64,000 bases of DNA from Octopus vulgaris (taxonomy: Eukaryota). Position numbers and translations under genes: made by a program. The stretch lies in assembly GCA_951406725.2 (NCBI GenBank), contig OX597818.1, forward strand, positions 129,580,001 to 129,644,000. Direction: 5' to 3'. Shown in pieces: positions 53,079-64,000 of this stretch. The notes under the pieces are model-generated. The model searched no databases. It was not told where the DNA came from and was given only the letters and a program-made list of their open reading frames with translations. Position 1 is the stretch's first letter; each line of letters begins with the position of its first letter.

Positions 53079-53409
53079 GGCACAGGAGTGGCTGTGTGGT
53101 AAGTAGCTTGCTAACCAACCACATGGTTCCAGGTTCAGTCCCACTGCATGGCATCTTGGGCAAGTGTCTTCTGCTATAGACCCGGGCCGACCAATGCCTT
53201 GTGAGTGGATTTGGTAGACGGAAACTGAAAGAAGCCTGTCGTATATATATATATATATATATATATAAACGAGAAAGAAGTTGCTTCTTTCTCGTTTATA
53301 ATCACCCCACATTACTGTATGGTTAACACCATATAGTTTTCTGGTGCATCTAAGTTAAGTACCACATTCAAGTAAATTCATTGGAATTGACTTGAATCTT
53401 AATTGCTTT

Positions 53410-53448
<39 letters not shown>

Positions 53449-53650
53449 TTGTGTGTCTGTGTTTGTCCCCCTAGCATTGCTTGACAACCGATGCTGGTGT
53501 GATTATGTCCCCGTCACTTAGCGGTTCGGCAAAAAGAGACCGATAGAATAAGTACTGGGGCTTACAACGAATAAGTCCCGGGGGTCGATTTGCTCGACTA
53601 AAGGCGGTGCTCCAGCATGGCCGCAGTCAAATGACTGAAACAAGTAAAAT
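53079..53650 (+). mobile_element. SINE family A with ~140-bp insert in its microsatellite
   Basis: Head 53079-53241, tail 53450-53650. Confidence 0.8.
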
Positions 53651-53930
53651 AAAAAAAAATAAATAAAATAGGTGCAAGAGTGGCTGTGCAGTAAGAAGCT
53701 TGCTTCCCAACAACATGCTTTGTTAACAACAAAGAAGATGAGGACGAATATCAGTCGAATGTAAATGATGTAAATAATGTACATAATTCCTCATCTCTTA
53801 AATATGGAACTGTACATGCTTCCAGGTTTAGTCTCACTGCGTAGAACCTTGGGTGAGTATTTTCTGCTATAGTCTTGGGCTGACCAAAGCCTTGAGAGTG
53901 GATTTGGTAGATGGAAACTGAAAGAAGCTT

Positions 53931-54210
53931 ATTGTTAAGCCAAACAAGAAAACACAAAAAAACAAAAAAACACAACAACGCAAAGACGTGGAACAAATAT
54001 AGTATTATTGGACGCTCAGGAAGGAAGGGAAGAAGGAGGATTTAACGTTTCGAGCGGAGCTCTTCGTCGGAAACATAGGGGAAGGAAAGATCCCGAGAAG
54101 GGAAGACAGAGGAAAATAAATCGCCAACGGTACTCATGAGGTCATGGAAAGATCCCGAGAAGGGAAGACAGAGGAAAAAAAAATCGACAACGGTACTCCC
54201 GAGGTCACAT
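53931..54210 (-). mobile_element. Hammerhead-like element inserted in a SINE, with ~61-bp tandem duplication
   Basis: Minus strand TTT-CCGACGA-A-GAGC-tcc-GCTC-GAAA-CG-TT-AAA at 54041-54073; direct repeat across about 54085-54208. Confidence 0.6.
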
Positions 54211-54445
54211 GTGTATGTCTGTGTTTGTCCCCTTTCCATTGCTTGACGACCGATGTTGGTGTGTTTACATCCCCGTAAATTAGCAGTTCAGCAAAAGAGG
54301 CTGATAGAATAAGTACTAGGCTTAAAAAGAATAAGTCCTGGGGTCGATTTGTGTGACTAAAAGCAGTGCTCCAGCATAGCTACAATTAAATGACTGTAAC
54401 AAGTAAAAGAATAAAAGAATGTATATATATATATATATATATATA

Positions 54446-54699
54446 TGGTGCTGGTACCACATAAAAAGCACCTCTGTTGTTGGTGCTGCATAAACACATC
54501 CATGCTGGTGGTATGTAAATGCACCCATGCTGGTGGCATGTAAAAGGTACCCAGCACACTCTGTTAAGTGGTTGGCATTAGGAAGGGCATCCAACTATAA
54601 AAACCATGTGACAACAGCCAGCTGGAGTCTAGACAGCTCCCCAGCTCCATGTCCAATCCATGCCAATATGGAAATTGGATGCCGAATGATGATTATGAT

Positions 54700-54700
<1 letters not shown>
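54446..54700 (+). mobile_element. RTE 3'-UTR-derived short copy, diverged
   Basis: AAGTGGTTGGCATTAGGAAGGGCATCCA and a degenerate GAT tail. Confidence 0.65.
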
Positions 54701-54755
<55 letters not shown>

Positions 54756-54818
54756 TCCCATGTATATGAATGCTTGTGTGAATCTGTGTATGTGTGTGTA
54801 AGTGTGTGTATATGTATA

Positions 54819-54875
<57 letters not shown>

Positions 54876-55293
54876 TGAGGGAATATTATTCCAAACTTAC
54901 AGGGAAAAATTCAATTTAGAAATACTAAATCAAATTTCACAAAATATGATATATATATAAATTAGAAAAAACACCTTTTATCAATTCAATAATGAAAAAT
55001 TAAATTATACCATTTAGAAAATTACATATTATAGAAAGATTAAGTATAAGATAAAACATATAACGATGATTAAGTAATTTGCAAAATAATAAATAAAATG
55101 TATATATTTGGTATATATATGCCAAATATATACGTTATACCAAATATATACGTTTTATTTATTATTTTGCAAATTACTTAATCATCGTTATATGTTTTAT
55201 CTTATACTTAATCTTTCTATAATATGTAATTTTTCTAAATGGTATAATTCAATTTTTCATTATTGAATTGATAAAAGGTGTTTTTTTTCTAAT
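54876..55293. repeat. AT-rich repeat forming a ~330-bp palindrome
   Basis: Arms about 54961-55115 and 55136-55293 are near-perfect inverted copies. Same family at 2359-2607 and 16550-16660. Confidence 0.8.
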
Positions 55294-55630
55294 CTCTCTC
55301 TCTCTATATATATATATAAGAGAATTTGTTTTTGAAAATGTACCTGAATTTGAAAAACTTGTAGTTGTTTTTAAATAGATTTATTTACATACATACCAAA
55401 CTAGTTGCAACAATTTTCTGTTTATCAATGGTATAAATGTATATAGAATAATGGGATTTTAACAGAATTTAAATTTACAAAGTAGAAAACAATATCTAAA
55501 TGATTAAATGTTCACAAAATTTATTAAATGTTTACAAATTTGAATGAGAGGAGTAGATAATATCAAAAGTGATGAGAGAAGAATATAAAAATGTGAATTA
55601 CTAAAAGTTCAGTCTTGAGTTATTAAAGAA

Positions 55631-56018
55631 CTAGCAGTATCGCCCGGCGTTGCTCGGGTTTGTAAGGGAAATAACTATAAAGCATTTTTAGAGAGTTATA
55701 ACCAAAAAATAGCAAAAAAATGGGAAAAAAATTATGGTAAATTTTTTTTTTTTGAGAGTTAAAAAGGTCGAGTTGCGTCCCCTAGACCATCTGTGGTTTG
55801 TGTTTCTGATTGTCGACCCCATGTCGAATTTATCGATCTTTTTCAGAACTGGGGGAACTTTTCAAAATTTTCGCTGCGTTAGTTTTGAATTATGACATTG
55901 GGCTATGTGTGTGTCAAGTTTCATCAGAATCGGTTGAAAGCCGTGGTCAGGGTGAGGGTACAACCTAACAGACACACAGACACGCACACAGACAAACTGC
56001 CGTTTATATAGAGAGAGA
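55631..56018 (-). mobile_element. Non-autonomous Helitron
   Basis: Minus strand starts TC and ends CTAG, with subterminal GC hairpin CCCGAGCAACGCCGGG, inserted between A and T, no TSD. Confidence 0.85.
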
Positions 56019-56242
56019 TACATGGACAAGAGAAAGTAAAATTTCGGAATCAGAGAATATCTTGTGTATATATATATATGATTTTATGTGAAGATCTAAT
56101 TTTTGATTCATTATAATTCTATCGTCTTGTGTACGTAATATAATTTCTCTAATTCTTCAGATTTTTTCAATATGCTAGGCCACTGGTTTAAACTGATATT
56201 TAATCAAATTAATATTCAATTTTTTTTACCATAATTATTTAA

Positions 56243-56322
<80 letters not shown>

Positions 56323-56327
56323 GTGTA

Positions 56328-56365
56328 TCTTTCTGTTGAAGAGCGTAGGCTCGAAACATTAAAGA
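56328..56365 (+). ncRNA. Minimal hammerhead-like motif of a dispersed family, variant core
   Basis: TCTTT-CTGTTGA-A-GAGC-gtag-GCTC-GAAA-CA-TT-AAAGA. Related copies near 31433, 33121, 54041 (-) and 61882 (-). Confidence 0.55.
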
Positions 56366-56461
56366 CTTGTTTTATTTATATTTCCTGAGCGCCATACTAA
56401 TACAATTGTTTGTTTGTATTCCACCTGCCTTCGTCTTTTGTCTATTTTCATAGCTTCCCGT

Positions 56462-56492
<31 letters not shown>

Positions 56493-57023
56493 GGTTTCTT
56501 TCAGTTTCCATCTACAAAACCACTCACAAGGCTTTGGTTGGTCTGAGGCTACAGTAGAAGACACTTGCCCAAAATGCCTTGCTGTGGGACTGAACCCAGA
56601 TCCATGTGGTTGGTAAGCAAGCTACTTACCATAAGGCCACTCCTGCTCCTATATATATGTGTGTGTGTGTGTGTGTGTATACACACACATATGACTGGAA
56701 CTCTGTCAGTTATAATGATGAGGGTTCCAGTTGATCTGATGAATCGAACAACCTGCTCATCAAATTAGCATGCAAGTGGCTGAGCACTCCACAGTCACAC
56801 GTACCCTTAACGTAGTTCTCTGGGAGATTCAGCATGACACAGGATGTGAGAAGGCTGCTCCTTCCAAATACAGGTACTACTCACTTTTGCCAGTTGAGTG
56901 GACTGGGGCAACAGGAAATAAAGTGTCTTGTTCAAAGACACAACTCACAGCCGGATATTGAACTCATGACCTTATGACTGTGAGCCAAATACCTCAACCA
57001 CCAAGCCACATACCTTCAGAGCC

Positions 57024-57114
<91 letters not shown>

Positions 57115-57144
57115 ATATATATATATATATTCTTTATTCATTCT

Positions 57145-57355
57145 TTTATTTGTTTCAGTCATTTGGTTGTGGCCATGCTGGAGCACTGCCTTTTAGTCAA
57201 ACAAATCGATCCAAGGACTTATTGTTTGTAAGCCTAGTACTTATTCTATTGGTCTCTTTTGCCGAACCGCTAAGTTACAGGGACATAAACACACCAGCAT
57301 CGGTTGTCAAGAGATGTTGGGTGGACAAACACACAGACACATACAAACACACACA

Positions 57356-57430
<75 letters not shown>

Positions 57431-57593
57431 GATGGGTTTCTTTCAGTTTCAGTCTACCAAATCCACTCACAAGGCTTTGGTTGGTCCAAGGTGATAGTAG
57501 AAGACATTTGCCCAAGATGCCACAGAGTGGGGACTGAACCCGGAACCATGTGGTTGGTAAGCAAGCTACTTGCCACAAAACCACTCCTGCGCC
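57145..57593 (-). mobile_element. SINE family A
   Basis: Match to the family consensus. Confidence 0.82.
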
Positions 57594-58244
57594 TATATAT
57601 ATATACTAAAAATGAAGAAAATATATACTAAAAATTAGATATATATATATATATATAAAAAAAAAAAAGGTCGGCAATGCGCCTATATATATAGATATGT
57701 ACATACACATACAAAGTGAGAGAGAGAGAGAGAGAGAGAGAATGTGAGAGAGAAAGAGTGCAGAGAAATAAAGTAGAGACGTTGGACTTCCTTCAGTTTT
57801 CAGTCTCCTATTTCTTTCCCTCTTTCTGCTACCCCCATCTCACTACTAGTTTTTACATTACACTCTCTCCAACTTTCTTTCTTGCATTTCTCCTTTCTCC
57901 CCCCCCCCCCCCATATTCCTCTCTTTCTCTCTGTCTCTCTCATATGTGTTATATCTCCAATCCTACTCATCTCCCTCTTTTGCTTTCTTCTTCCTCTCCC
58001 GGTTTATCTTTTGACTCTTCCTTCTTTCTTGTTTTCTCCCCACTTCTTTTATATTTCATTCTTCCTCTCTTTCCTTTCTTCCTCACTGTCTACTGCCACC
58101 CAATCTCACTAATGTCTGTAATTTTCTTTCTCTTCTTCAGCTGCTTACAGCTTTCACATCTCTCTCTATCTTTACACTACTCTTGATGCCACAAGGGAGG
58201 TGAGTTGTCTCCCCCAATCCTGTCTCTCTTTATATCTATTCTTT

Positions 58245-58284
<40 letters not shown>

Positions 58285-58969
58285 ACACCTTCACTTTAAT
58301 CTCTATCCATCTGGCTGTCTGTCTATCTGTTTGTCTGCTCGTTACTTCCTCCACCCTGACATGCCACTCACCACTTCTTTATCAATTTTAATCCTGCAAT
58401 GAAACAACTTCATTTGATGTCAGCCCCCACTACCCTCATCACACACACACACACACACACATACACCACTATCTTGGATAAGGATTCTTATCTTTGAGGT
58501 TATAATTTCTTCTTGCTCTTCTTGTTGTTCTTCTATTCCTTCACATTCTTCATGTGTGCTTTCCACCCTGCTGTCCACATCATCATCTTCATATGCACTT
58601 CACACACACACACACACACTATCCTACCCATTCAGTGCCCTGTAGTGATCAGTGATTTAGTAGTCACTTAAGATAACAGTGTCCCCTTAATTAACATGAA
58701 CAATGAATGAAAAAGGGTTAGTCAAAAAGAATGGGTTGGTTGGTTGGTTGGTTACTACTTGGCATTTATCTGACTCCTTCTCCTCCACCTATAACCATTA
58801 CACTTTGCCCTTGTCACCACAACATCCACATCACCAACACTATCCCCCACCACCCACTGCCACCACCACAGTCATAACCAGACATTCCAGGACCAACTTC
58901 ACAGACAGTATCCATTCCATTTACTCCAACTTCTACGGCACAGTACAGTTGTGGTTGGCAAACTGTATA

Positions 58970-59165
58970 TGAGGGGTGCAGAAAGGTTCTTGGCCTGGTT
59001 GGAGGCCCATCCTTCCAAGTTCTTTTACAGGGCTTAGAAAAACTGAAGGACTGCTGCAATAAGTGTGTGAATCTCAGAGAGGGCTATATTGAATGAAATC
59101 ATAAGTAACTGACCACCTGTATTTTTTTTTTACCCAAAGCCAGGAACTATTCAGCACCCCCCTTG
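58970..59165. mobile_element. mariner-derived MITE
   Basis: Imperfect TIRs GAGGGGTGCAGAAAGGTTCTTGG / CCAGGAACTATTCAGCACCCC. Same family at 10065-10240, 59945-60160 and 62940-63058. Confidence 0.7.
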
Positions 59166-59295
59166 TGTGTATGTGTGTGTGTGTGCGTGTGTGTGTATGT
59201 CCTCAGGTGTAGTGCATGCATGTATATAGTTGTTGGAAAACTATTTCTAAAAAGCTGCCAGCAAATGCTATCTTTAAAGATAGCCATACATAATG

Positions 59296-59338
<43 letters not shown>

Positions 59339-59392
59339 AATAAGGGTAGAAATTGATATTAATCAATTAAAACCAGTGGCCTAGCATATTAA

Positions 59393-59614
59393 CCCTTTAG
59401 TGTTCACATTATTCTGCCAAAATTAATCGTTTTTTATCCACATTGTTTTGAATTAATCATGCATTATCTTGTAGTCATGAGATTTTGATGAGGTAGCTGT
59501 TAATTTTTAAAACGATATTGTAGGGTTGGTGTGAGAGACCAGATCTGGCCAGTTTGAACATAAAACAGGGGAGAATACTTTTGGCCGGATATGGCCGATT
59601 TAAATGCTAAAGGG
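59393..59614. mobile_element. piggyBac-type MITE
   Basis: TTAA-CCCTTTAG...CTAAAGGG-TTAA. Confidence 0.85.
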
Positions 59615-59817
59615 TTAAAAAAATCCGAAGATTAAAATATCTTTAAATACAAAATTTAAAGGACTGACCACTAAAAGTGGACGGTCAACATGCTAGATAT
59701 AGACGTCAAAATCGCTATTTTCCACAAAGAATGTGTTCTCGAATAAAAACTCAGCACCAACCAAAGTGTTAAAAATAAGCAAGACAAATGAAAATATACG
59801 AAATAATCACAATTACC

Positions 59818-59893
<76 letters not shown>

Positions 59894-59944
59894 CATATAT
59901 ATGGATGTATGTATCCGTGTACACCTGTGTTTGCCTACAAATAA

Positions 59945-60160
59945 GAGGGAGTGATGAAAAGTGCCAGGGTTTCAGAGTGTTGTGAAAGGCCTGGCTGGAA
60001 GCTCAACCTTTCAAGTTCTTTTGCAGGGTTTACAAAAGCTGAAGGTCCACAGCAGGAAGGGTGTGAATCTGAGAGGGGAATATGTTAAATGAAATCATAA
60101 TTAACTGATTCTCCTATATTTTCATTTACCAAAAGCCAGGAACTTTTCAGTAACCCCTTG
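59945..60160. mobile_element. mariner-derived MITE
   Basis: GAGGGAGTGATGAAAAGT ... ACTTTTCAGTAACCCCTTG-TA. Confidence 0.7.
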
Positions 60161-60173
60161 TATATAAATACAT

Positions 60174-61788
<1,615 letters not shown>

Positions 61789-62080
61789 TATATATATAAT
61801 TCAAATTAATAGAAAAATATAAAATGAAGACAGGTGTAGGAATAATAATCAAGTGTTTGACACTCAAGAAAAACGGAAAAGTCTTTTATGATTCGAGCCT
61901 ACGCTCTTTGTCAGAAGGAAATAAGAGGAAATAAACAGAGAGAGAATGAAAAAAATGTGTAGAGTTCAGTGACCCAGCATGGCAAATGACTGAAAAAAAA
62001 GGGGCTGAATGAAAGGGAAATAATGATGGTGATCTCAACAAGCTTAGGTGTGCAAGCATGTGTATATATGTGAGAATTAA

Positions 62081-62305
62081 AAGGCGGCGAGCTGGCAGAA
62101 TCGTTAGCATGCCGGCCGAAATGCGTAGCCGTATTTCATCTGCTGTTACGTTCTGAGTTCAAATTCCGCTGAGGTCGACTTTGCCTTTCATCCTTTCAGG
62201 GTCGATAAATTAAGTACCAGTAACGCACTGGGGTCGATATAATCGACTTTGTCTGTCCTTGTTTGTCCTCTCTGTGTTTAGTCCCTTGTAGGTAGTAAAG
62301 AAATA
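62081..62305 (+). mobile_element. Young SINE family B
   Basis: Family match; TSD ATATATGTGAGAAT. Confidence 0.85.
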
Positions 62306-62643
62306 TATATATGTGAGAATAGTGTGTGTGTGTGTGTGTGTGTGTGAATGGGGACGGGTGTGTCTGATGTTTGTGTGTGTGGTGCATTGTGTGTAGCAGC
62401 TGATGTGTGCTTTTTCACGTGGTGTGTGCACATGTGTATGTGTGTGTCTCTGTGACCAAATAGTGTGCATGTGTATAGTATATGTATGTGGGTGAAAGTT
62501 ATCTCTGTTTATGTGTGGTGCGTGTTTATGCGTGTTGCGTGTGTGTGTATATATTGTCTGTGTTCAGGTACTATGTGCTTGTGTGTGTGTGTGTGTGTGT
62601 GTGGGAGTGTTCATGATGGTGTGTGGTATGTGTGCTGAGTTAA

Positions 62644-62874
62644 GGCGGCGAGCTGGCAGAAACGTTAGCACGCCGGGCGAAATGCTTAGCGGTATTTCGT
62701 CTGCCGTTACGTTGGGAGTTCAAATTCCGCCGAGGTCGACTTTGCCTTTCATCCTTTCGGGGTCGATAAATTAAGTACCAGTTACGCACTGGGGTCGATG
62801 TAATCGACTTAATACCTATGTCTGTCCTTGTTTGTCCCCTCTGTGTTTAGCCCCTTGTGGGTAATAAAGAAATA
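62644..62874 (+). mobile_element. Young SINE family B (Nin/Deu-like central domain) with 19-bp TSD
   Basis: AGCTGGCAGAA and GAGTTCAAATTCC boxes, GCCTTTCATCCTTTCGGGGTCGATAAATTAAGTACCAG domain. TSD GGTATGTGTGCTGAGTTAA at 62625 and 62875. Confidence 0.88.
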
Positions 62875-63510
62875 GGTATGTGTGCTGAGTTAAAAAGTGT
62901 GTGTGGCTGTTCATATATTGGTATATGTGGTGACCCTATTGAAAGACTGCTGCAATAAGCGTGAATCTGAGAGGGAGCATGTTGAATGAAATCATAATTA
63001 ACTGATCCTCCTGTATTTTCTTTTATTGAAAGCCAGGAATTTTCCAGCACTTCCTCATACAATTCTATCAGTCTCTTTTGCCGAACCGCTAAGTGATGGG
63101 GACGTAAACACACCAGCATCGGTTGTCAAGCAATGCTAGGGGGACAAACACAGACACACAAACATATACACACACATACATACATACATATATATGTTTC
63201 TTTATTACCCACAAGGGGCTAAACATAGAGGGGACAAACAAGGACACACAAACGGATTAGGTCGATTACATCGACCCCAGTGCGAAACTGGTACTTAATT
63301 TATCGACCCTGAAAGGATGAAAGGCAAAGTTGACCTCGGCGGAATTTGAACTCAGAACGTCAAGACAGACAAAATACGACTTTAGAAGACCCAAGCACCT
63401 ACAATAAAATATATCTTGATACAAGAATAGTGTTTAAAGGCCAAGATACTTTGTACTCTGTCGCAGACCACTTGTCTTTCATCCTTGATCTCACTTGACA
63501 TCTACCTATT

Positions 63511-63739
63511 TCTTTACTCCCCACAAGGGGCTAAACACAAAGAGGACAAACAAGGACAGACAAACGGATTAAGTGGATTATATCGACCCCAGTGAGTGAC
63601 TGGTACTTAATTTATCGATCCCTAAGGGATGAAAGGCAAAGTCGACCTCGGCGGAATTTGAACTCAGAACGTAACGGCAGACGAAATGCGGCTACACATT
63701 TCGCCCGGCGTGCTAACGTTTCTACCAGCTCGCCGCCTT
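63511..63739 (-). mobile_element. Young SINE family B
   Basis: Family match; TSD ATCTACCTATT. A truncated copy lies at 63196-63380. Confidence 0.85.
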
Positions 63740-64000
63740 ATCTACCTATTATTCATCCACCTTTCACCTGTCATCTTATTCAATACTCTCCATCTTTCAT
63801 CTATCTCTCCAGCACCCATGACTAAATGCATCACCCTCTTTATAATGATTCTATCACCTTTCACTGGGCCTACATTGGTGCACCCTTATCTCCCTACCCA
63901 ATACACTCTAACTTTGGGCTGCTGTACTACCAGCCAGTCCTGTCTTTCCTCTGTGCAACCTCTGCTGCAATCCATCACCTTCTTTTATCTCACAGGAAAT

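Overview
Eukaryotic, AT-rich, microsatellite-dense DNA made almost entirely of transposable elements. The repeat repertoire strongly suggests an octopus genome (inference). I found no confidently identifiable host gene, only a few exon-like segments. The main coding feature is a full-length R4/Dong-clade non-LTR retrotransposon (about 22302-26310) with RT, a CCHC knuckle and a restriction-like endonuclease. It sits in a (TAA)n microsatellite and is broken only by a +1 frameshift near 25045. Nearby are three 5'-truncated Dong-like copies of other subfamilies and two copies of a ~500-bp TAA-tailed non-coding element. At least three unrelated short repeat families carry hammerhead-ribozyme motifs, often in fold-back arrangements typical of Penelope-like elements; one of them also has a tRNA-like Pol III head. 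The rest is tRNA-derived SINEs, remnants of RTE, L1/Tx1, Penelope, mariner, maT and Tigger elements, piggyBac/mariner/Tc2 MITEs, a Helitron and simple repeats. Almost all other ORFs in the track are microsatellite translations. All alignments and folds were done by eye, and boundaries of decayed elements are approximate.
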